From the NCBI GenBank assembly GCA_964585935.1, contig CAZPFO010000001.1, positions 20,163 through 84,162 of the forward strand: a DNA stretch of 64,000 bases. Direction: 5' to 3'. This document shows positions 35,041 to 43,250 of this stretch, piece after piece. Each line of letters opens with the position of its first letter. Positions within the stretch are counted from its first letter, which is position 1. Under the pieces are notes generated by a model that worked only from the letters and a program-made list of their open reading frames with translations, did not search any database and was not told where the DNA came from. Both the position numbers and the translations under genes were made by a program. Source of the stretch: an uncultured Methanosarcinales archaeon. Its GTDB lineage: Archaea > Nanobdellota > Nanobdellia > Woesearchaeales > GW2011-AR4.

Positions 35041-35559
35041 ATGAAAAAGATATTTACTTTAATTTTATTGGTAATTCTCTTTGTAACTTCATGTGAAGGG
35101 GAAATTAAAGAAATTAAAATAGACAATCTTAGTGATACATTAACTTTAAAAAAATCTTTGGTTTGTCCAATACAAGGAACAGACCCAACAGGAAAGATAG
35201 TCAAAACTACTATATATATTGAGGATAAAAAGGCAAGAATTGAAACAGATTACACAAATGAAAAAACCTACACAATATATACCAAGAAGTTATTATATGT
35301 TTGGGGGGATGCTTCAAACCAGGGAGAAATATTAAATCTAGAGTTTTTTGAAGAATTGCAAGGAAAAGACTATGATGAAGTGCAATCATTAAAGGAATAT
35401 TTAGATGGAATTGATGAATCTTCTACTATGAGAGAACCAAATTCTGAAGTAATCTGTAAAATTCAGTATATAGATCCATCTCAATTCGTTCCACCAAGCA
35501 ATATAGATTTTAAAGATATGGTAGATGAATTAGGGTCGGCATTGGAACAAGTTGGATAA
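35041..35559 (+). CDS. putative lipoprotein / secreted protein (cassette 3)
   Basis: 172 aa. The signal is MKKIFTLILLVILFVTSCEG, with a lipobox-like Cys. Confidence 0.6.
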   Translation: MKKIFTLILLVILFVTSCEGEIKEIKIDNLSDTLTLKKSLVCPIQGTDPTGKIVKTTIYIEDKKARIETDYTNEKTYTIYTKKLLYVWGDASNQGEILNLEFFEELQGKDYDEVQSLKEYLDGIDESSTMREPNSEVICKIQYIDPSQFVPPSNIDFKDMVDELGSALEQVG

Positions 35560-35610
35560 ATTAAATCTATATTTTCTGGGGCTCTATTAAAAATAAAAGG
35601 CCTTTTTTGA

Positions 35611-35700
35611 ATTGCATTTAACCCTTGTTAAGTGACCCGAGTGGAGCGAAGCGGAACGAGAGCGCAGCGTGGCAAGGCGGAGTGAAACGGAGCCGCAGAG
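35611..35700 (+). repeat. cassette junction C: ATTGCATTTAAC-CCTT-GTTAAGT plus a 65-nt GC-rich insert
   Basis: attgcatttaacccttgttaagtga followed by cccgagtggagcgaagcggaacgagagcgcagcgtggcaaggcggagtgaaacggagccgcagag. Confidence 0.7.
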
Positions 35701-35718
35701 TATCACTCAAAAATTTGC

Positions 35719-36048
35719 TTATTTAACTGTACAAATATTATTTATGCATCTTAGTTCATATGCGCAACTTACTTTGCAGTATGGTCCATCATAATTCTTA
35801 CATTTCTTCTCTTGAGCATCCAAATATTTTTGCCAGTGAATTTTGTTTATCGGCACACCACAATCGCAAGAACATTCTACCATTGCCATAATACAATCTT
35901 CATCCACTTCGCAAACTTGATCTGTAGAATTAACTTCAATCGGTTTATTAATGGGTTTAATGTTTTTGGATGGGAAATAATATACTATAATTATTCCGAT
36001 AACTAAAATCAGCAAAAAAATTATTATAAATTTTTTGATTCCTTTCAT
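35719..36048 (-). CDS. secreted/anchored Cys-rich small protein (cassette 4)
   Basis: 109 aa with an N-terminal TM (FIIIFLLILVIGIIIVYYF). The ectodomain has 11 Cys (CEVDEDCIMAMVECSCDCG...). Confidence 0.6.
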   Translation of the reverse strand: MKGIKKFIIIFLLILVIGIIIVYYFPSKNIKPINKPIEVNSTDQVCEVDEDCIMAMVECSCDCGVPINKIHWQKYLDAQEKKCKNYDGPYCKVSCAYELRCINNICTVK

Positions 36049-36107
36049 AATGTTAGATATATTATAGATTATATTTAAACATTTCTAAAGCAAATTTTTG
36101 AGTGATA

Positions 36108-36228
36108 TTTCACTTAACGCTTGTTCAACGCACCGACCCCTACGAGCGTTACTTCACAAAGTACAGAGCGAGTTTTTCTATAGAAAAAGAAGCTCTGAGC
36201 GGAGTGGGGGGAGGGGAGTTAAGGCGCA
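36108..36228 (+). repeat. cassette junction D: ACTTAAC-GCTT-GTTCAAC plus a 97-nt GC-rich insert with G-tracts
   Basis: tttcacttaacgcttgttcaacgc followed by accgacccctacgagcg...gagcggagtggggggaggggagttaaggcgca. Confidence 0.7.
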
Positions 36229-36270
36229 GGCGGTTCACAAGTTAAGAAACAGAAGAAAGGAAAGAATTTT

Positions 36271-36513
36271 TTATTTTTTAATCTTATTAATAATAAATCT
36301 TACAAGTTTATATAATAGAAATAATATGGTCGCATAAAAAAGAAAACCAATTACATATACATAAAAATCGAAAAAACTTGGGGGTCCTCTACAAAATCCT
36401 CCCTTACACACATATGTGAGTTTATCAATAAAAAAAGCAACAACGCCAAAGATTAAAGAAAGTATGATAATCAATACGAAGGGTTGTTTTTTAAAAAATT
36501 CTTTCCAATTCAT
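36271..36513 (-). CDS. small two-TM membrane protein (cassette 5)
   Basis: The start is taken at the ATG at 36513 (MNWKEFFKKQPFVLIIILSLIFGVVAFF...). The ORF track extends to a TTG at 36555, inside the flanking repeat. Confidence 0.55.
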   Translation of the reverse strand: MNWKEFFKKQPFVLIIILSLIFGVVAFFIDKLTYVCKGGFCRGPPSFFDFYVYVIGFLFYATILFLLYKLVRFIINKIKK

Positions 36514-36690
36514 AATTATTATAGAATATAGCAAGTATAAATAAGTTTCTGTCAAGTGAACCGCCGAGCATTAATTGCGTTGAACCGTACATATACGCAA
36601 AACCTTAATATTTGCCTTTTTAGGCTCTGAAATGGCTGAATTTTTAAGTCCAGAGGCTGATTTTTCGTATCTACTTAAAAATAAAGAAAA

Positions 36691-37512
36691 TCAATACTTC
36701 CCTTTTGGATAGCTCCCTAAGACCTTAACAAACAATGTGGTGGCTTCTATCTCGCTCAGGGCCAGTTTTATATTGTCGTCATTCAAGCCGCCTTCAAACT
36801 CTACAAAGAAGACGTATTCAAAAGGATCTTCTGGAATGGGCCTTGACTCCAGCTTTGTCATGTTGATGTTGTTTTTTGAAAGGCGCTGGAGGCAATTGAC
36901 CAAAGAGCCAGGGTAATGCTTTGCCTTGAATGCTATGCTTGTTTTTTCTTTTTTCAGGTTTTTAGGAACCTTGCCTTTTTTTACAAAAACAAAAAATTTA
37001 GTCAGGTTGTTCTTGTTTTTTTCTATGCCTTTTTTTAATATACTTAAACCATAAATTTCAGCGCATAGTTCAGATGCAATGGCACTTTCCCCATCTTTTC
37101 CGCTTTCTGCAACCATTTTTGCAGAGCTTGCTGTATCATATTTCGGGATAGACCTTATCTTATGCTTTATTAAAAAATCACGGCACTGCTCAAGGGCATG
37201 CTGGTGGGAGTAGGCTTTTTTGATGTTCTCAAGCTTGTTCCCCTTATGAGACAGCAGGTTATGGCTTATTCTAAGAAATACTTCTGCAATTACAAAAACA
37301 TCTTCCTTCAAGAGCAGGTTGTAGTTTATAGCAACGCTTCCTGCAATTGTGTTTTCTACAGGAACTAAACCGAAATCAGCTTTGCCTTTTGTTACAGCTT
37401 CAAAAACTTCCTCAAAGCTGCCGTAACCAGCTGCCCCTGCATTTTTACCAAAATGCCTGAAGATAGCTGCTTCGCTATAAGCTCCTTTTATTCCCTGGTA
37501 TGCTACTTTCAT
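36691..37512 (-). CDS. pheA: prephenate dehydratase (with a C-terminal ACT domain)
   Basis: MKVAYQGIKGAYSEAA...VPVENTIAGSV...TKFFVF...LESRP. Confidence 0.85.
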   Translation of the reverse strand: MKVAYQGIKGAYSEAAIFRHFGKNAGAAGYGSFEEVFEAVTKGKADFGLVPVENTIAGSVAINYNLLLKEDVFVIAEVFLRISHNLLSHKGNKLENIKKAYSHQHALEQCRDFLIKHKIRSIPKYDTASSAKMVAESGKDGESAIASELCAEIYGLSILKKGIEKNKNNLTKFFVFVKKGKVPKNLKKEKTSIAFKAKHYPGSLVNCLQRLSKNNINMTKLESRPIPEDPFEYVFFVEFEGGLNDDNIKLALSEIEATTLFVKVLGSYPKGKY

Positions 37513-37541
37513 TTCAATAACCTCTCAACTTTTGATACTGT

Positions 37542-37775
37542 TAGGATAAGCCGCCGGAGCTACGACAGAAAACTTTATACTCAATAGGCAAAGTTTTCTG
37601 TTCCTTGCTTCTCTTACGAAGCGCTTAGTCTCCGCTCCAATTTAGGCATCTTTGCAACGCTGTTGCGAAGGGTTAACCTCCCCCCTAGTGCACAACTGGG
37701 TAGGTGTCCCACCCCCGCACATGAGATGGTTTGTGCTTCACCTGCGATTGCCTATATTGATGGCGGCTTATCCTA
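37542..37775. other. 234-nt GC-rich element with a 14-bp perfect terminal inverted repeat (structured ncRNA or MITE; identity unresolved)
   Basis: taggataagccgcc...ggcggcttatccta. Internal hairpins include acagaaaacttt...aaagttttctgt, gcaac-agc-gttgc and gggtgggacacctaccc. It is roughly 50% GC in a ~30% GC genome, and it fills the only large gap in a tightly overlapping operon. Confidence 0.55.
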
Positions 37776-37788
37776 ATCTGACTGTAAA

Positions 37789-38625
37789 TTATTTTTTCTC
37801 GCTCATCTTTTTTATCAGGTAATTGCTTTCCTCTTTTGCAGTTTCTTTGAAATTGCCCATATATTCGGCTGCTTTTTTGAAATATTCAACAAAGCCATCA
37901 ACATCTTTTTTTTCTATATGCCTGAATAATTCTTTTGATGATTCCATAAGCTCCTTAACTGATTCTACAGTATGGGGGTTTAATATTTCTATTTCAGCGT
38001 AGAGCATTGGATCTTGCGCCATGACCCTTCCAATCATATCCATCTTTAGCTTATACACAGGACTTGTATAATCAAGGCTCTCTTTAATATCTACCCCTTG
38101 TTTCATCAAAGTATTTGCTATAACAATTGCATTAAAGTGGGTAAGGCCCTGGATTGTTGCCATTATTTTATCATGCTTTTCCGGAGTGGAAATTTTTATC
38201 CTGACTCCTGCTTTCTCAAAAACCTTCTCAAAAACTCCAGTGTATTTTCCAGGTCTTGATTTTAATAAAATCACAGTCTGCCCCTTGATTGAGTCAATAT
38301 CCGGGCTGAACATTGGATGAATTCCAAGAACTTCGCACTCAGATTTCATCATTGCTTCGATAATGGGTGTTTTAATTGACGTCAAGTCCATTAAAATCTG
38401 CCCGGGCCTTGTAAAAGGGATAACCTCCTTGATAACATCTGCTGTTATCCCTATAGGCACTGAAAAAACCACTGCATCGCACTGCTTGACCAACTCTTTA
38501 TTGGTTATCTTTGTGGTTCTTCCTGAAATAATAACTTCAAAATTACCTTGTTTTAATAAAAAATCCCTAAACCAGCTTCCTGTCCTGCCCCTTCCGCCAA
38601 TAATCCCGACTTTAATCTTCTTCAT
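37789..38625 (-). CDS. tyrA: prephenate dehydrogenase
   Basis: KVGIIGGRGRTGSWF...VLGIHPMFSP...ATIQGLTHF. Confidence 0.8.
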   Translation of the reverse strand: MKKIKVGIIGGRGRTGSWFRDFLLKQGNFEVIISGRTTKITNKELVKQCDAVVFSVPIGITADVIKEVIPFTRPGQILMDLTSIKTPIIEAMMKSECEVLGIHPMFSPDIDSIKGQTVILLKSRPGKYTGVFEKVFEKAGVRIKISTPEKHDKIMATIQGLTHFNAIVIANTLMKQGVDIKESLDYTSPVYKLKMDMIGRVMAQDPMLYAEIEILNPHTVESVKELMESSKELFRHIEKKDVDGFVEYFKKAAEYMGNFKETAKEESNYLIKKMSEKK

Positions 38626-38906
38626 TCTCTGTCAATTATTTTTTTCTGGATGTTGCGTGATTCTTCAAGCAGCTCATGGATTATCTTTTCGATTAACTCG
38701 ACATTGATATTGAATTCTTCAGCCAGTTTCTTTTTTGATTTTATTATCTGCTTTTCCCTTTCAGAGTCTTCCACAGGGATATTGTTTTTTTTCTTATAAT
38801 CCGCTACTTCTGAGACTAATGATAGCCTCTCTTTGATTAACTCAATAATCTTGTTGTCTATCTTATCAATCCCTTTCCTTAAATCTTCAATTTCCATCCT
38901 TGCCAC
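38622..38906 (-). CDS. chorismate mutase (AroQ class)
   Basis: 94 aa. [46 protein letters not shown]. Confidence 0.8.
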   Translation of the reverse strand: MARMEIEDLRKGIDKIDNKIIELIKERLSLVSEVADYKKKNNIPVEDSEREKQIIKSKKKLAEEFNINVELIEKIIHELLEESRNIQKKIIDRE

Positions 38907-39975
38907 CTAATGCCTTAAACCTCAAATAATGATCACATAATACCAAAGCGGCCATTGCCTCGACTATTGGCACAGCTCTCGGCACAACGCATGGGTCATG
39001 CCTTCCTGCCCCTAATTTGATATCATTTCCTTTCATGTCGATTGCTTTTTGTTTTTGGATTGTGGCTGTTGGCTTGAAAGCTACTCTGAGTATTATGGGC
39101 ATGCCATTTGAAATCCCGCCTTGTACCCCTCCAGAGTTATTTGTTTTTGTTCTTATTTTTCCGGCTTCCATAATGAAGGGATCGTTATGGGCGGTGCCGT
39201 ACATCCCAGCAGCAGAAAAGCCAGAGCCTATTTCAAATCCCTTTACAGCATTTATATCCATCATTGCTTTTGCCAGGTCTGCATCTAACTTGTCAAAAAT
39301 TGGCTCTCCTAAGCCAGGGGGAATATTTCTTGCAACACATTCGATTATCCCTCCAACAGAGTCTCCTTTTTTGGCTGTTTCTTCAACCAAGGCTTCCATT
39401 TCCTCTGATTTTTTATGGTCGGGGCACCTTACTATGCTAGCTTCAACATACTTTTCTTTTACCTTGCCTGTGTCAACAACAGCCTCGATATCTTTTATTC
39501 TTTTAGTGTAAGCAATTATTTCTGTGTTTAATTTCTCTTTCAGTATTTTTTTGGCTATTGCGCCTGCTGCGACATTTCCTGCTGTTAATCTTGCAGAGCT
39601 TCTTCCTCCGCCGTAAGGATTCCTGATGCCATACTTTTTTTCGTAAGTGAAGTCAGCATGGCTAGACCTCAAAGCTTTTGTCAGTTTTTTGTAATCCTCT
39701 TTCCTGAAATCTTTATTGTAGATTATCATAGAGATTGGGGTGCCTGTTGTTTTTCCATTGAAAATTCCAGATAATATCTCTACTTTATCCTTCTCTTTTC
39801 TTTGTGTTGTTATTTTGCTTTGGCCGGGTATCCTCCTGTCAAGCTCTTTCTGGATGTCTTTTTCCGACAGTTCAAGCAACGAGGGGCAGCCGTCTACAAC
39901 TACTCCAATTGCCTTTCCATGGGATTCTCCCCAGTTTGTTACCCTAAATAATTTTCCTAATGAATTCCCTGACAT
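38887..39975 (-). CDS. aroC: chorismate synthase
   Basis: [11 protein letters not shown]...[11 protein letters not shown]...GGISNG. Confidence 0.9.
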   Translation of the reverse strand: MSGNSLGKLFRVTNWGESHGKAIGVVVDGCPSLLELSEKDIQKELDRRIPGQSKITTQRKEKDKVEILSGIFNGKTTGTPISMIIYNKDFRKEDYKKLTKALRSSHADFTYEKKYGIRNPYGGGRSSARLTAGNVAAGAIAKKILKEKLNTEIIAYTKRIKDIEAVVDTGKVKEKYVEASIVRCPDHKKSEEMEALVEETAKKGDSVGGIIECVARNIPPGLGEPIFDKLDADLAKAMMDINAVKGFEIGSGFSAAGMYGTAHNDPFIMEAGKIRTKTNNSGGVQGGISNGMPIILRVAFKPTATIQKQKAIDMKGNDIKLGAGRHDPCVVPRAVPIVEAMAALVLCDHYLRFKALGGKDGN

Positions 39976-39981
39976 AGTCTA

Positions 39982-41469
39982 TCACCTTTCAATATTATCC
40001 AAAAGCGCTTTCTCCATAATCTTAAAATCAGGCTCTTTTCCTGTCCAAAGCCTGAACTGGCCTATTGCCTGGTGAACAAGCATCCTGTCCCCTGTTATCA
40101 CATCACAATTATTCTTTTTTGCAAGCCTTATAAGTTTTGTTATTATTGGCGCAGATACAATATCCATAACCAGCTTTTCTGAAAGGTCATCTTCTTTTAT
40201 TACAGCATCGTCTGGCCTGGGATGCATACCTACGCTTGTTGTATTTATGATTATATCATTTCCTGCAATCAATTCTTTCATATTTTTAATTTCTTTAAAG
40301 CCAACTTTAAACTCTTTAGCGAGTTTTTCAGCTTTTCCAGATGTTCTGTTGGCAATAGTAATCTCTGCATCTTCCTTTTTTAACCCGTATACAACAGCCC
40401 TTGCAGCGCCGCCTGCTCCAATTATCAGTACTTTCTTGCCATTTAGCCCTGTTTTTTCTTTCAAAGCCTGGACAGCGCCATAGTAATCTGTATTGTACCC
40501 GATTAATCTTCCACCTTTATTGATAAATGTGTTTACTGCTCCAATTTTATCTGCTGTATCGTCAACCTCATCAAGATAGTTTATTATTCCTGTTTTATGG
40601 GGCACTGTAACTGCCCCCCCTGCAAACTCAAGCTTCCTGAAATTTTCCATAAATTCCTTTAACTCTTCTTTTTTGACCTTAAACGGGAGGTAAACAAAAT
40701 CGAGTTTTTTTTGTTTAAAACCTTTGTTGTGCATATATTTTGATTTTGAATTTTCTGCAAACTCGCCTATGACTCCAAGCACTTTTGTCTCTGGCTTTAT
40801 GAGGGAGGCATTATAAACATCATCCATCTCTTCAATACTAATCTGGCCGGGAGCAGATTCCTTGTCTTTTTTCAAAGAGGCAAATGTGATGCAGGAGCCG
40901 TACTTTGAGGCTAGGATTCTTGACATCTGCCCTCTTAGGCCCATGCAAAATGAAACCAGATCATTTTTGTTTTTTAATAATTTAAATATCTCAAAATTAT
41001 CATTGATAGAATTTGCAAAGGTAACTATTTTTATTAAGTCTGGGTTTAGCTCTTTTATTTTATTATAAATTTCCTCAAGCTCTTTTAACGAAGGCGTTTC
41101 CTTAAAATTATGATACGAGGATATTATTTTTGTTTTATTTTTTATTTTTATTAATTCGTTAATGGCTTCTTTTCCAGCGGAGGATTCTATATCAATATAA
41201 TCAGCATTTAATTCTATTGCTTTTTTCAATAAGCCCATTCTTTCTTTTTCGCTTCCTTTAAATTTTCCGTTTTCTGATTTTATTCGATTTGTGATAATAA
41301 CTTTTCCTTTTTTGTTGATCAATAATTTTTCAAGGTTTTCTTCATTAATACCATTAATATAATCTATTCTTAATTCCACTAAATCCGTAAGTTTTTCAGC
41401 TTCTTTTAATTCTGCCGAAGCTTGGCTTGTTGTTTTTGCAGTTATTGGTATGCATATTTTAGTTTTCAT
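39982..41469 (-). CDS. aroDE: bifunctional 3-dehydroquinate dehydratase (type I) / shikimate 5-dehydrogenase fusion
   Basis: 495 aa. The N-terminal half is ICIPITAK...VELRIDY...DIE (DHQase I). The C-terminal half is GVIG...S.SKYMHN...GGAVTVPHK...GAGGAARA (SDH). Confidence 0.85.
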   Translation of the reverse strand: MKTKICIPITAKTTSQASAELKEAEKLTDLVELRIDYINGINEENLEKLLINKKGKVIITNRIKSENGKFKGSEKERMGLLKKAIELNADYIDIESSAGKEAINELIKIKNKTKIISSYHNFKETPSLKELEEIYNKIKELNPDLIKIVTFANSINDNFEIFKLLKNKNDLVSFCMGLRGQMSRILASKYGSCITFASLKKDKESAPGQISIEEMDDVYNASLIKPETKVLGVIGEFAENSKSKYMHNKGFKQKKLDFVYLPFKVKKEELKEFMENFRKLEFAGGAVTVPHKTGIINYLDEVDDTADKIGAVNTFINKGGRLIGYNTDYYGAVQALKEKTGLNGKKVLIIGAGGAARAVVYGLKKEDAEITIANRTSGKAEKLAKEFKVGFKEIKNMKELIAGNDIIINTTSVGMHPRPDDAVIKEDDLSEKLVMDIVSAPIITKLIRLAKKNNCDVITGDRMLVHQAIGQFRLWTGKEPDFKIMEKALLDNIER

Positions 41470-43250
41470 TTTTTTATTAATTTTAAAACCTCATTTGAAA
41501 TTTCTTTCTCTTCCTTATTGTCTGTGTCAATTTCGTAGTCAGCAGCTTTTTTATAAAGAGGGATTCTTTTGCTTAAGACTTCTTCAACTTCCTCTACAAC
41601 TGGCTTGCCTGTGAGTGAGGGCCTTCCATGATTGTTTTCTATTCTTTTGATGATGACCGGGGTGCTTGCTTTCAACCAGAAAATTATTCCGTTTCTTTTT
41701 AGGTTTTTTATGTTTTCCCCCTTTTCAATAACCCCTCCTCCGCAGTCTATGATAGAGTTACCAGTATTTTCAAGCCCATTTACAACTTCACTTTCCCTCT
41801 TCCTAAATTCATCCCAACCTTCTTTTTCAACATATTCCTTTATTGGCATTCCAACTTTTTTAACAATCTCTTCATCAGTGCTTATTAGCCTGTAGTTTGT
41901 TATTTTTGAAATTTCTCTCCCTACAGGGCTCTTGTATGCCCCCCTGTATCCTATCAAAACTATGTTTTTAGGCATTTTTATTCCTGCTCCAATTTCCTTT
42001 AATTTTTCCCAGAATCCCGGGAAGGACTTGTTCACGCATTCGGGATTTTCTATTTTAATTCCTGTCTTTAAGCCAATAATTGCGAAGCTCATAGCCATCC
42101 TGTGGTCATTATGGGGGTTGATAACAGCTGGATTAATTTTTCCGCCTTCTATTGTCAAATTATCTTCTCCTGCACTGGCTTTCAAGCCTAATTTTTTCAA
42201 CTCTGCCCCAGTATCCTTTATCCTGTTGCTTTCTTTGTATTTTAAATTGCCTATGTTTCTTATCTTTGTAGTGCCTTTTGAAAAAGCAGCTACTGCAGCC
42301 AATGTCTGAACAGCGTCAGGCATTGAGGACATGTCAACTTCAATAGCTGAAAGATTATTTTTTCCAGTAATCTGTATGTAGTTCGCGCCTTTGTTTACTT
42401 TACAACCCATTCCAGCAAGCACGTCTGCAAATTTTGCTTCTCCATGTTTGGAGTTTATGTCTAGGCCGTTTATTTTTACAACTCCGGGGACTATTGCTGC
42501 AGCTGCCAGAAAATAATTTGCAGAGCTCCAGTCACTAGGAACAGTAAATTCTTTTGAGATATATTTCTGCCCTGCCTTTATCCTGAATTTTTCATAACCT
42601 TCCCTTTCAACAGAGACTCCAAATTGCCCCATGAGATCGAGGGTCATGTCAACATAACTTTTTGATGCAAGATTTTCTACAATAATTTCAGTATCATTTT
42701 CAGCGTATGGCGCTGATAAAAGCAAAGAGCTGATGAACTGGCTGCTTACGCTGCCATCTATTCTTGTTGTTCCGCCTTTTAATGTGCCTTCTTCTATTAT
42801 CACAGGAGGGCAGCCATTGTTTAGGGCTCTTGATTTTATGCCCAGGTCTTCCAGGCTGTTTATCAATTCAAGAACAGGCCTTTGCTGAATGCGTTTGCTT
42901 CCTGTAATTGTTGTTTTTCCGTCTGCTAATGCTGCAAAGCCAGTTATAAACCTCAGCAATGTTCCTGATTCACCAACATCGATTTCATTTTCAGCTAATT
43001 TTAATTTTCCTGCTGTTCCGTTTATTTTTACAGTGTTGTTTTCTTTTTTTATTCCTACGCCGAACTCTTTTAATGCGGTTATTGCGTTATTGATGTCATC
43101 GTTGTCTGGAATGTTCTTTATTGTTGAATTGCCTTCTGCAAGAGCTGCAATTATTAAAACCCTGTTTGCTATATATTTGCTTCCAGGGACTGTTATCTCT
43201 GCATTCAGGCTTTTAAGAGGGAATATCTCAATCATTTTTGCATAAATCAA
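41466..43250 (-). CDS. aroAK: bifunctional EPSP synthase / shikimate kinase (AroK-type) fusion
   Basis: 594 aa. The EPSPS part has LPGSKYIANR, GESGTLLRF and NDHRMAMSFA. The C-terminal ~165 aa is IVLIGYRGAYKSPVGREIS...STDEEI, a bacterial-type shikimate kinase. Confidence 0.85.
   Translation of the reverse strand: MIYAKMIEIFPLKSLNAEITVPGSKYIANRVLIIAALAEGNSTIKNIPDNDDINNAITALKEFGVGIKKENNTVKINGTAGKLKLAENEIDVGESGTLLRFITGFAALADGKTTITGSKRIQQRPVLELINSLEDLGIKSRALNNGCPPVIIEEGTLKGGTTRIDGSVSSQFISSLLLSAPYAENDTEIIVENLASKSYVDMTLDLMGQFGVSVEREGYEKFRIKAGQKYISKEFTVPSDWSSANYFLAAAAIVPGVVKINGLDINSKHGEAKFADVLAGMGCKVNKGANYIQITGKNNLSAIEVDMSSMPDAVQTLAAVAAFSKGTTKIRNIGNLKYKESNRIKDTGAELKKLGLKASAGEDNLTIEGGKINPAVINPHNDHRMAMSFAIIGLKTGIKIENPECVNKSFPGFWEKLKEIGAGIKMPKNIVLIGYRGAYKSPVGREISKITNYRLISTDEEIVKKVGMPIKEYVEKEGWDEFRKRESEVVNGLENTGNSIIDCGGGVIEKGENIKNLKRNGIIFWLKASTPVIIKRIENNHGRPSLTGKPVVEEVEEVLSKRIPLYKKAADYEIDTDNKEEKEISNEVLKLIKK

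Noticed and set aside
34177-36585. Whether the cassette region is a classical integron or CALIN, or a CRISPR array.
   Set aside because: It is not a CRISPR array, because the repeats are not uniform and the units between them are promoter-bearing genes. It is not a classical integron as far as I can judge. There is no IntI next to it, the genes are in both orientations, and the palindrome halves flank the genes instead of forming contiguous attC hairpins. I therefore report it as integron-like rather than calling it an integron.
37542-37775. Calling the 234-nt element RNase P RNA or SRP RNA.
   Set aside because: I could not find the CR-I GAGGAAAGUCC or CR-V ACAGAA..GGCUUA arrangement in the right order. 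I also could not find the SRP helix-8 GGAA/AGCA loop motifs. Only short partial matches exist, so the family is left open.
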